From an uncultured Candidatus Binatia bacterium (GTDB lineage: Bacteria > Desulfobacterota > Binatia > UBA9968 > CAXXLF01): a stretch of 64,000 nucleotides of DNA. Under the pieces are notes generated by a model. It was not told the DNA's origin, made no database searches, and saw only the letters and a list, made by a program, of their open reading frames with translations. Numbering within the stretch: position 1 is the stretch's first letter; each line of letters opens with the position of its first letter. Positions 1 through 9,481 of this stretch are shown here, in pieces. Position numbers and translations under genes: made by a program. The stretch lies in the NCBI GenBank assembly GCA_965218425.1, contig OZ244621.1, forward strand, positions 4,320,001-4,384,000, read 5' to 3'.

Positions 1-471
1 GCTGTGGCAGCCATCTCTACGCGCCCATACGTCGTACCTCGGTATTACCGGAATCGGCGCCGGCCCCATGTATGCCCACAGCAGGCCCACGAATTTTTGC
101 ACGGGGTACGCCTTGTGCTTTATGGTGAGGCGAAACTTGCTATCCGCAGGCTCAGGCGGTGTTTCCAGACAATTTCCTTCGGTGTCGTAGAGCCAACCGT
201 GATAAGCGCAGGCGATGCCCCGTTCCTCAACCCGGCCGTACAGGAGCGAAGCCCCCCGGTGTGAGCAGCGGTCTGCAAGAAGGCCGAATCGGCCGCTCTT
301 GTCCTTGAACAGGACGAGGTCCTCTCCCAGGATCCTGACGAACCGTGTAGGGGAATTGTCCGTAAGCTCTTTCGCAACGGCGACGGGATACCAATAGCGG
401 CGTAACAACTCGCCTGCGGGTTTGCCCGGGCCAACCTCCGTGAGCATCCGATTCTCCTCTTTGGTAAGCAT
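1..471 (-). CDS. Rieske non-heme iron oxygenase alpha subunit (phthalate 4,5-dioxygenase/LigX-like), 5' part; runs off window edge
   Basis: Not in the ORF track. Manual translation from ATG at 471 (RBS AAGGAGG upstream) gives MLTKEENRMLTEVGPGKPAGELLRRYW...CSHRGASL...CAYHGWLYD, the Rieske CxH/CxxH motifs, open to position 1. Confidence 0.92.
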   Translation of the reverse strand, partial: MLTKEENRMLTEVGPGKPAGELLRRYWYPVAVAKELTDNSPTRFVRILGEDLVLFKDKSGRFGLLADRCSHRGASLLYGRVEERGIACAYHGWLYDTEGNCLETPPEPADSKFRLTIKHKAYPVQKFVGLLWAYMGPAPIPVIPRYDVWARRDGCHS

Positions 472-583
472 GACTATCTCCTCCTTGCCGTCTTCCCTCC
501 TGTTCTTTGGAGGGGCCGAAACCCTCGGAAGGTGCTTGTCAGCAGCTTGCACACAGAATGAGTGTGACGTCCGTCATCACCCA

Positions 584-1537
584 TTATTCCCAGTAGGCGA
601 AGGCGTTGCCGCAACCAGTGCCAGCAGGAGACCGGTAGCACGGAGAGTAGTTCACTAACTTCATCTGAAGATCGCCCTCGGCCATTGCGCCGGCCACCAC
701 CAGCCATACCTTAATCTCGGACGTGCCATCAACGAATAATTCCTCTGGGAAATCCGTGAGCTCATCTTCAGCCTTCCGCTGCATGGCGGTCAGAATGGCA
801 CGGTCCATTCGTTCGTCCACAATGTGATGAGTCAGTCCTCCTGTCCCAATTATTGCCACGCGTTTGTCACTTTCCCAACATTTCACAGCCCGACGCAACG
901 CTTTACCGAACTCGTAACACCGCTTGAGGGTGGGCCGATTGGGCGGATAATAGGTGTTGAGCAAGATGGGCACTTGCGGGATGACGTTGCCATTCATGAT
1001 GCGGCGGCATACAAAATCAAAAGCGTGTCCCAGGCCACGCTCCCCTGTAAGAGTCCTGGAGTAAGACACGTCGAATTGGTCGGCGGTGACCGAGAGCACC
1101 AGGTGTCGAGCCATCTCGGCATCCCCAGGATAGACATGACTCTCCCCATGGATGGCCTGGCCGTTGCGTTGTTGCGGGAACGGTGGGACGAACATCGAGT
1201 CAGCCCAATGAATATTCATCGAGGGCATGTGCTCTGACGAAAATACCTCTCGGTGGTCATCACCAACGACAAGCAACACATCTGGTCGCACACGGGTAAG
1301 CGTTTCTTGTAGCGTGAGGATAGCCTGCTGACAGGCAGTATAGCGTTCCCGGATCTTCTCCTCCTTGATTTCCTCGCCGATCCAGGATGCTCTTTGCCGG
1401 GCGAGATCGTCGTAGTCTGCAAGTCCATGGATTTTTAGATGGCGCTTGTCCGCCTCTGCTTTCGTGAACCACTGCTCCACCGGGTTGTTGAGGCCGGGCA
1501 TGTGCGAAGTTCCCATTCCTAACGTGAGGGTTGCCAT
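584..1537 (-). CDS. LigB-family (class III) extradiol ring-cleavage dioxygenase
   Basis: GTSHMP, VGDDH, GHAF, GGLTH and GTSEIKVW motifs match the LigB/LigZ Fe ligands and catalytic His. Confidence 0.88.
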   Translation of the reverse strand: MATLTLGMGTSHMPGLNNPVEQWFTKAEADKRHLKIHGLADYDDLARQRASWIGEEIKEEKIRERYTACQQAILTLQETLTRVRPDVLLVVGDDHREVFSSEHMPSMNIHWADSMFVPPFPQQRNGQAIHGESHVYPGDAEMARHLVLSVTADQFDVSYSRTLTGERGLGHAFDFVCRRIMNGNVIPQVPILLNTYYPPNRPTLKRCYEFGKALRRAVKCWESDKRVAIIGTGGLTHHIVDERMDRAILTAMQRKAEDELTDFPEELFVDGTSEIKVWLVVAGAMAEGDLQMKLVNYSPCYRSPAGTGCGNAFAYWE

Positions 1538-1676
1538 GGTGCTTCTCCTGTGGTTCTTTCCAGGCCTGCCGGCCTCGGGACAAAGGACTCCCAGAGTTTA
1601 GATGGGGAGGGTGAATGTCATACATACTGGGTATGTTCTCACTGCCACTCCCGTACATCAACGGCCTATACGCGAT

Positions 1677-2624
1677 CTACAAATATCCCTGCTCACGCCA
1701 GAATGCTGCAGCGGCGGGGTGGAGCGGGGCACAGAGCGGGGTATCCGGCCCATCCTTGCACATCCGGTGGAGTGGGAGCATGGGACCACCCTCCCAGGGA
1801 ATGCGGTCCTTGCGCGCTTCCAGCGCTTGGCAGAACTGGCGGACAAGGTCGTCAGGCGTGTCAACATGAGTGTAGATGGGCCAGCCGCTAAAGTCGGGGG
1901 AAAGTACGTCCTCGTCAAGCTGGTGGAACTGGGCCTTGGTGATGGGCGAGCAGCGCCAGCCAATCACTTCAAGTCGCTGGGCCAACGGCGGATCCACAGG
2001 CAGCAGGCGCATTCCCGCGTCCAGTGCCTTTCCTACCCAGATGTGGACGGCTTCCTCGAAGTACGCGTCAAACTCGCCACGTTGGAGCGCTTCGACATCG
2101 ATTGCCAAGCCCCGGCGAGGCAAGATCTTACCACCCCAAGAGACAAATTCATCTAAGGAAAACCCGAGGAGCTTGAACACTTCATTGGCGACCATGTAGT
2201 CGGCATGATCGGTTCGTTCGCGCATGGAGATGCGCAGGGGGTAGCGCTTGGCACCAATGTCGGCCAGGGAGGTGATGCCAGTGCTCTCGTGTACGGCCAT
2301 ACCGAACTGGTCCAGCGACGGAATCGTTGTGATCACCCGCAGTGGCATGGGTTCCTTATAGGGGCCCGTTCCTTGTACGGCCATCCCCAGTGGCTCGGCC
2401 GGATTGACCATAGCCAACTGTACCTCTTTGCGCAGCACATCATCGAAGGAATCCGGAGCATCACTGGCAAACAGGCAGTATTGCCAGGGATTGCTGGAGC
2501 CCTGCTTGCGCATCTGCAATAGGGTCTGCGTGGCCGGCCATTTCCGGTCCCACATCAACTCGGATGCCATCTCCAACAGTAGGATCGGACGGATCTGATC
2601 GGCGCGCACATGCCTAGTTTCCAT
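1677..2624 (-). CDS. TAXI-like periplasmic-binding-fold protein with no signal peptide
   Basis: GTGPY..P..LR, TGITSLAD, GEFDAYF and C-terminal PLHPAA..FW.E.GYL are typical of TAXI solute receptors. The N-terminus lacks a hydrophobic h-region. Confidence 0.7.
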   Translation of the reverse strand: METRHVRADQIRPILLLEMASELMWDRKWPATQTLLQMRKQGSSNPWQYCLFASDAPDSFDDVLRKEVQLAMVNPAEPLGMAVQGTGPYKEPMPLRVITTIPSLDQFGMAVHESTGITSLADIGAKRYPLRISMRERTDHADYMVANEVFKLLGFSLDEFVSWGGKILPRRGLAIDVEALQRGEFDAYFEEAVHIWVGKALDAGMRLLPVDPPLAQRLEVIGWRCSPITKAQFHQLDEDVLSPDFSGWPIYTHVDTPDDLVRQFCQALEARKDRIPWEGGPMLPLHRMCKDGPDTPLCAPLHPAAAAFWREQGYL

Positions 2625-2680
2625 TTTGGTTCCTCCTGGGATTTCCCTAGCCCTTTCAGTCCGTTTGCAATCCCAAAAAG

Positions 2681-3124
2681 TTATCCGGACACACGCGCAA
2701 CCACAACCGCCTCAACTCGTTCTCCACGCAGGCCCAAGGGAGCTACGTTAAGAAAATGGTAAGGGGGCTGGCGCATTGCGTCAGGAAAAAGTTGTCCCCA
2801 CTCTTTTAATACCGTGGCACGATAGACATCGTCCATAACATAAAACGTCACGTTGACCAGATCATTAGCGGTTCCCCCTGCAGCCTCCAAGAAGCCGCGA
2901 ATTCGTCGAAACAAAATTTTTAATTCTCGTTCGGGCTCAGCAGGAAGTTCATGGACGGGAGACTCATCATCATGCCCCGACAGCATCGATGAAAAGACGA
3001 ATGCATCTTTGCCGGACCGAAGCACTTTTATCCCGGGTGGTATCACCCCCTTTAGTATTTGCCCCCGGTCCGGAGCATTTGGATGCCGCGGTATGTAGTC
3101 GACCTTCTCCAGTCTATTTGCCAT
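2681..3124 (-). CDS. Rid/YjgF/UK114-family protein (single domain)
   Basis: Start re-set to MANRLEK (GGAGG RBS upstream). LEAAGGTANDLVNVTFYV...W..LFP...VEAVVVA is the Rid fold pattern. Confidence 0.8.
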   Translation of the reverse strand: MANRLEKVDYIPRHPNAPDRGQILKGVIPPGIKVLRSGKDAFVFSSMLSGHDDESPVHELPAEPERELKILFRRIRGFLEAAGGTANDLVNVTFYVMDDVYRATVLKEWGQLFPDAMRQPPYHFLNVAPLGLRGERVEAVVVARVSG

Positions 3125-3304
3125 AAAGCCTCCCTTGCAGTTGCTTGATCTAGAGTAAACCCCGTACCACGGAATTATTCCCGTGGCTTTGGGGCGTTTC
3201 CCTTTGGGGAAGTTCGGAACACTCATCTCCAGAATCACGTCCGCGGCGTTCTGTGGTTCGGGCTGAATCTTCGCGGGACAAGTCAATCAAATGCATGATA
3301 CGCC

Positions 3305-4771
3305 TTACCGGTGGGCTTGGACATGAGCAAAGAGTGTTTTCCATTTTTTTTCGATATCCCTGCGCAACTCTCGGCTATTCATATTAACTTCAGGGAACTT
3401 GTCTTTCCACTCGTAAGGTCGGCAGGCGTTAATTACGAGGTTGTGCGCGTTGTATTTTTCCCTACCTTTCATGGATGGATCCGATGCCTGGCCAGGTGGT
3501 ATCCTTGGGTCCAATTGCCACACTGCCGTACCCGGAACGATGGTAACCCCCGATTCTGGGATGCAGCGGCTGGCAATGGCCCAGAGCACCTCTTCTGTGT
3601 ACAGCAGATCAATGTCTTCATCCACCAGCACCCAAATATGATTTCCACTATGTTGATCTCCCCCAGGCTCTAATTGGCGGATCACGTCTTCAACGTGTCC
3701 TGCGTACATTTGCTTCACCTTTACCACCCGAAAACCTGGGGCAACCACGGTAACCACTTCTTGAACGCCCTGAATACCGGCTTGTTCAAGTCGTCTTCGC
3801 ACACGAAAATCAATGTTCGTGAGCTCTTTATAAGCTCGAATGTGCCGAATAGGAGGAGAGCCGAAGATTATACAGCCCTCCCGGTAGTGAATGGCTGCCA
3901 CTTCAATGACCGTTTCGAGTCTGCGACCATGTCCATAGTAGCCCGTCCACTCGCCGAAGGGACCTTCGGGTAATAATTTTTCCTCGGGCGAAGGAATAAA
4001 GCCCTCAATAGCTATCTCTGCTGTGGCAGGGATTGGGAGGCCGGTAATAGGTCCTTTGACCACTGGATACGGACTTTTGTGAAGGTAACCTGCCACTTCA
4101 AACTCGGAGACCCCATTGGGGCAGTGATAGACACTGCCTCCGGAGAGCAGTGTCAGGATGGGTTCCTGCCCTACGGAAACCACCACTGGGCATTTTTCCC
4201 CACGGCTCCAATGCTTGCGTCGGATAAAATCACCGTGCCGATTCGGTTCCATGAAGAGGCCGCAGGTATTTTTGTCGGCGATGCAAACCCGGTATGAGCC
4301 CGAGTTGACAAATCCAGTGTCAGGGTCCCGTTGAATAACGCATAGTCCCGTCCCTATGTATCGATCAATGTCTTTGTCATGCCATCTCGGGGTGGGAAAG
4401 TGAAAAAGGTCGACATCTCCACCCTTGAGAGTATTGTCGAACACAGGGCCAGAGTAAACTTCGCACATGGGTATGGGTTGAATTTCACCGATCACGCGGT
4501 TCCACTCTTCAGCCATCTCCACAAGAGGACGCTCATGATTGAGGCCTAGGGCAAGCGCCGTTCGCTCCGGTCTTGTACAGAGGTTGGCAGCCAACCCAAA
4601 ACTCTTGGGATAATCAGGGACCTCATCGAAGAGGAGTGCCGGCCCGCCTCTTTCCACCATCAATTCGGTAATAACCCCAATTTCCAGATCCCAATGAGCA
4701 CCTCGAACTCGTTCCAGCATTCCTAACTGATCGAGCTTTTTTAGGTAATCCCTTAAATCATTCCACAACAT
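3305..4771 (-). CDS. UbiD-family prFMN-dependent (de)carboxylase (#1)
   Basis: DLRDYL, PALLFD, SYR, EIAIEG, EGPFGEWTGYY, VDEDID. Confidence 0.93.
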   Translation of the reverse strand: MLWNDLRDYLKKLDQLGMLERVRGAHWDLEIGVITELMVERGGPALLFDEVPDYPKSFGLAANLCTRPERTALALGLNHERPLVEMAEEWNRVIGEIQPIPMCEVYSGPVFDNTLKGGDVDLFHFPTPRWHDKDIDRYIGTGLCVIQRDPDTGFVNSGSYRVCIADKNTCGLFMEPNRHGDFIRRKHWSRGEKCPVVVSVGQEPILTLLSGGSVYHCPNGVSEFEVAGYLHKSPYPVVKGPITGLPIPATAEIAIEGFIPSPEEKLLPEGPFGEWTGYYGHGRRLETVIEVAAIHYREGCIIFGSPPIRHIRAYKELTNIDFRVRRRLEQAGIQGVQEVVTVVAPGFRVVKVKQMYAGHVEDVIRQLEPGGDQHSGNHIWVLVDEDIDLLYTEEVLWAIASRCIPESGVTIVPGTAVWQLDPRIPPGQASDPSMKGREKYNAHNLVINACRPYEWKDKFPEVNMNSRELRRDIEKKWKTLFAHVQAHR

Positions 4772-4812
4772 TTATTCGACCTTTAAGACGACGCGAATTA
4801 ACTATCTCCTCA

Positions 4813-6012
4813 TCATTCAGGGCTCGGCACCTGGTGCGACATGAAGATTTCTTTCCTTTCCCTTGCTGACTGCATGATGGCGAGCACCACTTCCAGGGTC
4901 GCCTCTCCCCATCTCCCATCGTGGAACACTGGCCGGTCTTCAGTTACCGAACGGTACAACTCGTCGAGTTCTGCTTTACGGCTTCGGGCCGTTTTTGGCA
5001 CTGGGACTTCCCAGGTCTTCTCATCACCATAAATGATCAGACCGTCAAGGGACTGCCGAATATCACCGTGTTCACAGCTGACGATTGTGATCCCGAAATG
5101 GGAGTGGGGATAATCGTCGCTTCGGATCCGGGGATCTTCCTTTCCGCCTCCAAATCTCTTGCCTTCTTTAATGACCCATTCGTCTTCGGGGGATTTTAAA
5201 TTTCTGATAACGGCCCGTGCCGCTATATTCTGATCCGGCGTCCGTTTTGCCTCACCCATCCAGGAAGTGAACTCTGCCGTATCAAAATGGGCATAGCCAG
5301 TAAATACGACTGTGGCTGGCGTACCGTCCTCAAACTCGAGATAGCAGACCCAGGCACCTTCAGCCCTGCGCGATGCATCCCAGACACCTGTCATGGCTCT
5401 TACGCTCCGTATCATACCGCCCCCTAACAACCGAATTATATCGACGATATGGGGCCCTTGGTTATAAATGATATTGCCCCCTTTAGTGGCATCCAGCTCT
5501 TGGGGCATCCGGGGCCGATACATGAAATCCTGATAATGCCAATTGTTGATCATACACAGGCGACCAAGCTCCCCACCTTTGATGATCGTTCTCATCTTAC
5601 GGACAGGTGGATCAAAGCTATGCGTATGCCCGCACAGGAGTTTTACTCCGTTGCGTTCGCAGGCTGCGTTCATGGCTTCACATTCTTCGATTGTGAAAGC
5701 CATTGGCTTTTCTACAATCACATGCTTTTTTGCCTCTGCTGCCAGAATCACATGTTCTGCGTGGTATTGGTTTGGGGTACAAACGTAGATCGCATCGACG
5801 TTAGGGCTCTTGCACAGATCCTCCACCTTCTCATAAGCCTCACTGCTGAATTCACGTGTGAATTTTTCCCGGGCCTGAGCCCGAGGATCGGCTGCCCCAG
5901 TCAATTCCAAATGAGGGTGGGCAATGATTTGCGGCGATAGTTGCGCCGCCGCTACACCAAGGCCGGCTATGCCAAATCGAAGCGTTGGTTCCTTGCCTAA
6001 CATTCCCGCCAT
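4813..6012 (-). CDS. Gfo/Idh/MocA oxidoreductase, cis-dihydrodiol dehydrogenase-like (phthalate dihydrodiol dehydrogenase type)
   Basis: GIAGLG Rossmann motif, EKPMA, GHTHSFD, NQGPH.VD, HDGRWGEATLEV, and position next to a Rieske oxygenase. Confidence 0.85.
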   Translation of the reverse strand: MAGMLGKEPTLRFGIAGLGVAAAQLSPQIIAHPHLELTGAADPRAQAREKFTREFSSEAYEKVEDLCKSPNVDAIYVCTPNQYHAEHVILAAEAKKHVIVEKPMAFTIEECEAMNAACERNGVKLLCGHTHSFDPPVRKMRTIIKGGELGRLCMINNWHYQDFMYRPRMPQELDATKGGNIIYNQGPHIVDIIRLLGGGMIRSVRAMTGVWDASRRAEGAWVCYLEFEDGTPATVVFTGYAHFDTAEFTSWMGEAKRTPDQNIAARAVIRNLKSPEDEWVIKEGKRFGGGKEDPRIRSDDYPHSHFGITIVSCEHGDIRQSLDGLIIYGDEKTWEVPVPKTARSRKAELDELYRSVTEDRPVFHDGRWGEATLEVVLAIMQSARERKEIFMSHQVPSPE

Positions 6013-6085
6013 CTAAGCCACCTGTATCAAAATCACAAGATTAAAAACTCGATTGGTCTGCAAATTTATAGCAATCGCTTAATCC

Positions 6086-6814
6086 CTACATCAAAGCGGT
6101 GACGATTGCGCCGAACAAGCCCTCGTTCAGCCCAGCTGGAGCTACGTTCCAAGTTTGCCGTGCAGGAAGATTACTTCGGTCAGGGAATATTTTTTTCCAT
6201 GCCTCGTTCGTCACGCCACGGTAATCATCACTCATCAGATAGAGCATCACGTCGACGATATTGTCGACGCTCCCACCCGTGGACTCGGCCCATGTCTTGA
6301 CCTGCTGAAAAAGAGCATGGGCCTGCTCTTGCGGGTCCGCCGGAAGGGTTTTTGACCCAGGCAACCGTCCAACAAGTAATGGAGAATAAACCAGGTCTCC
6401 TCGATTTCCGGAGGGAGCGGATGGATCATCAAGGATAGCAGTGAAATGTGCCGCAAAACGCCAGTGGGTCCCGTGAGGGGAAACGTTTAGAATATGACGG
6501 GCAGGACGAACCGCGGGATCCGGAAACATCTTGAGCCATTCCTGATTGATGGCCTGACGGTCCTTGTCATCAAATACGTAGACAGCCATCGTAGCGATAT
6601 CGGCGGGAGTTCCCCCACCGGCTTCCACAAGACCTCGGATTCGTCCAAATAACAGAGCCGCGTCTTCAGAAGCATCGGCCCCTTGCTCCCTGTTGGGCCC
6701 CACTGGGCCTAGGAGCGATGAAAATATAAATTCCTCCGCCCTGATGCCTTCGGGTACCGGTGAGTGAACACGGTCTCGCCCTGGGACATGAATCGACTGT
6801 CTTTTTGGTATCAT
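6086..6814 (-). CDS. Tandem two-domain Rid-family protein
   Basis: Two repeats of GGT/S..DI/NI....Y...W..xFPD...PAR..xNV. Confidence 0.82.
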   Translation of the reverse strand: MIPKRQSIHVPGRDRVHSPVPEGIRAEEFIFSSLLGPVGPNREQGADASEDAALLFGRIRGLVEAGGGTPADIATMAVYVFDDKDRQAINQEWLKMFPDPAVRPARHILNVSPHGTHWRFAAHFTAILDDPSAPSGNRGDLVYSPLLVGRLPGSKTLPADPQEQAHALFQQVKTWAESTGGSVDNIVDVMLYLMSDDYRGVTNEAWKKIFPDRSNLPARQTWNVAPAGLNEGLFGAIVTALM

Positions 6815-6892
6815 GCGAAATCCTTCCTTTAATCCAAGAATTTGCTTTCAAATTTACCGAACCTTTACAATCCAAACTGATCCCAAGCAGGC

Positions 6893-8125
6893 CTACTGCG
6901 ATTGACCGCCATTTTCAGTACGATTTTTTTCTTTGGAGTATTTTCGCCAGTCTTCAGAGGCAGGGATACGCGCACGCCACACCGGGATTCGGAACCTGTC
7001 CGGATAGGGTACTACACGACTCTCAGCCATTTGCCGAATAATACGAAGCATTAGGTTCCGCGCTACAACGATGGCCCGGTCGGTGGAACCCAAGTGCTCT
7101 TTAGTCCGGTCCTGGATGGGGCCCTCACCTTCGGTGGCCCAAGCGTCATGGACCTGAAACGCGCTACCCATCCCAATAAATGTTCTGAGATTCATCTCGT
7201 CCGGCTCCTGTAGATACCGATTGGCCCGGTTCCGCACCAACCGGTAGTCGGGTGTTAGGTCAGAACGTTCCGACTGCACCTTTTTCTTCTCCATGGGTTT
7301 TTCTTGTGTGAACATTATTACGTATTTCCAATGGTGGGTGTCGTCAATCGGTACATGCCAATTCACCGTATAGCCATCATCTGTGCCCGAAGGAAATGCA
7401 CACAGGTTGGGGAGTATAAAGTTGGTAGTCCTAATATAAGTTGTGCTGCTACCCGCGGTCTCTGCCCTTATAACCCGCACACCAAAGGGGGCCTCTTCCA
7501 CCTCCATGTCTATAAACCAACGCTGGCTCGCAGGTGGAGGTGGGGGTGCGTTCAGTCTTCCACCATAGGTCCTGTGGAGAAACGGTACATGGATGGGGTC
7601 TATATTTCCTTCGTTGGCCTGTTGGTAGTTACATTCTTGGTAAATTTTGCTGTTAAAGCGATAGTCGTCTGATGCTTTCAGAAATTCGAACTCTGGAGTG
7701 GGAGGGGGGTCGCCCGGCCCCAGGTAGGCCAAAACAATTCCCCCCATCTCAATGCATGGATACCAAGGATGGCGTATGGTTTTGTGAAAGGTGCTAGCTT
7801 CCGGTTCGCCAGGCTGCTCAAGACACCTGCCGCGAATATCATAGACCCAACCATGATAGAGACAGCGCAGACCGCCGTTTTCGATACGGCCATAGCTCAA
7901 ATCCGCCCCACGATGGGAGCAGTGTAATTCCAGAAGCCCCACTCGGTTGAACTCATCACGAAAAAGTACCAGGTCTTCCCCCAAAAGACGGACGGGTCGA
8001 GGACGGCTGCCAGGTGGAAGCTCTTCTGCCAATGCTACCGGCTGCCAGTACCGACGTAGAAAATGACCGCAAGGAGTACCGGGGCCAATTCTTGTCAGCA
8101 AATCATTTTCGTCTTGCGATAACAT
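6893..8125 (-). CDS. Rieske non-heme iron oxygenase alpha subunit
   Basis: Start re-set to MLSQDENDLL. CSHRGAD, CLYHGW and the mononuclear Fe site EGNIDPIHVPFLH are present. Confidence 0.93.
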   Translation of the reverse strand: MLSQDENDLLTRIGPGTPCGHFLRRYWQPVALAEELPPGSRPRPVRLLGEDLVLFRDEFNRVGLLELHCSHRGADLSYGRIENGGLRCLYHGWVYDIRGRCLEQPGEPEASTFHKTIRHPWYPCIEMGGIVLAYLGPGDPPPTPEFEFLKASDDYRFNSKIYQECNYQQANEGNIDPIHVPFLHRTYGGRLNAPPPPPASQRWFIDMEVEEAPFGVRVIRAETAGSSTTYIRTTNFILPNLCAFPSGTDDGYTVNWHVPIDDTHHWKYVIMFTQEKPMEKKKVQSERSDLTPDYRLVRNRANRYLQEPDEMNLRTFIGMGSAFQVHDAWATEGEGPIQDRTKEHLGSTDRAIVVARNLMLRIIRQMAESRVVPYPDRFRIPVWRARIPASEDWRKYSKEKNRTENGGQSQ

Positions 8126-8144
8126 CGATCCAAGCCTCCGAGCA

Positions 8145-9106
8145 TCATTGCCAGTAGGCGAATGCGCACCCACAGCCTGTTCCAGCGGGCGAGCGGTAGC
8201 ACGGTTCGTAGGCCAAGAGGTTCATGGCCATGTCGGCCTCCTCCATGGCGCCAGCCACCACAGTCCAGTTACGAATCTCGCCGGTGCCCCAGTTGAACAA
8301 CTCTTCGGGGTGGCTAACCAGTTTTTTCTCATCCTTCGCCTGCATGGCCTCCAGAACGGAGCGGTCCAGGGCTTCATCGATCACCGTATGGGATAGACCG
8401 CCGCTGCCAATTAAAGCAACAGTCTTATCGCTATCCCAGGACACTACGGCACGTTTCAAAGCTCTTCCTAAACTGTAGCATCGTTTTAAGGTTGGTTGAT
8501 TGGGGGCATAGTATGTGTTCAGAATCACAGGCACTTGGGGAGGGACCGATCCTTTCATAATTCGTCCGTAAATAAAGTCAAAGGCATGGCCGATAGAACG
8601 CCCTTGCTGTACATTGCGGCAGCTGGCGATATCGAAGCCCTCGGCATTCAAATACCCTATCACATGCCGCCCGAGAGCGGGTTCGCCATATAATTGCAGG
8701 CAATCCTCCTTTTTTGGGGTGCGAATGCGACTGGAATGGGGAACATGGGGTATCCGTTCACCCCAAAAAACTCCGATAGCGGGAATTTCGTCTTCAGGCA
8801 TGAAAATTTCGTGAGTATCGTCGCCAACAATAATAACCACCTCCGGAGCTACCTGTTTAAGCAGCTCTCCAAGTTGGTCAATGCTCTTCTGGCAGGCCTC
8901 GTGCCGGCGCTGCCACACCTCCGGTGTTAGCTCTTTTCCGATCCAGCTATCCCTCTCCCGGATCATCTGCTCGATATCGAGCTTCATGGGTATACCGCCC
9001 CCTTTGGGATTCGCCATGTCCCTCTTCCCAGCCTCAGCCCACCTGTCTACTGTCCCATTTAGGCTGGGTGCATGACTCGCACATACTCCAGGACCATATG
9101 TGCCAT
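8145..9106 (-). pseudogene. LigB-family extradiol dioxygenase with a 1-nt deletion frameshift near the 5' end (possibly a sequencing error)
   Basis: AGGAGG RBS then ATG at 9106 gives MAHMVL. Adding one G at about 9088-9089 gives GVCASHAPSLN, in frame with ORF 8145..9017 and parallel to MATLTLGMGTSHMPGLN of the paralog at 584..1537. Confidence 0.85.
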
Positions 9107-9481
9107 AGGGACCTCCTGGTTTCTGTTCAAGGTTCGTCAGTTCGCGCTGCTTGGTCTGTCACAAGGCCAACATTACAAGGTTTAGAAATGACCCTGAGTG
9201 CCTTTGGCTCAGGCAGAAGAGCTTAACAAGGGAAGTAAGTCATGAGCCACGATAAAAAAATAAAATTTTTGCTGTGGCAATCAGAGCTTATCACTTGTAC
9301 TACCGGCACTTACACATCGATCTATATGCTAGTCAATGACAACCTGTCAAGAGACCGTAATGATGAGTAAATCTGAGACCGAGCGAAGGGATGATGCCCC
9401 TGGTTGAAGATATTGCACGGAGGTAAGGTAATTTCAGGGATTGACGACAAGGCAGCCAACGAAAACCAAGCTGCCGACACC

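Noticed and set aside
3125..3304. N-terminal extension or small ORF and hairpin (CCACGG..CCGTGG) upstream of the Rid gene
   Set aside because: A strong RBS favours the start at 3124. The hairpin occurs once and cannot be assigned a function.
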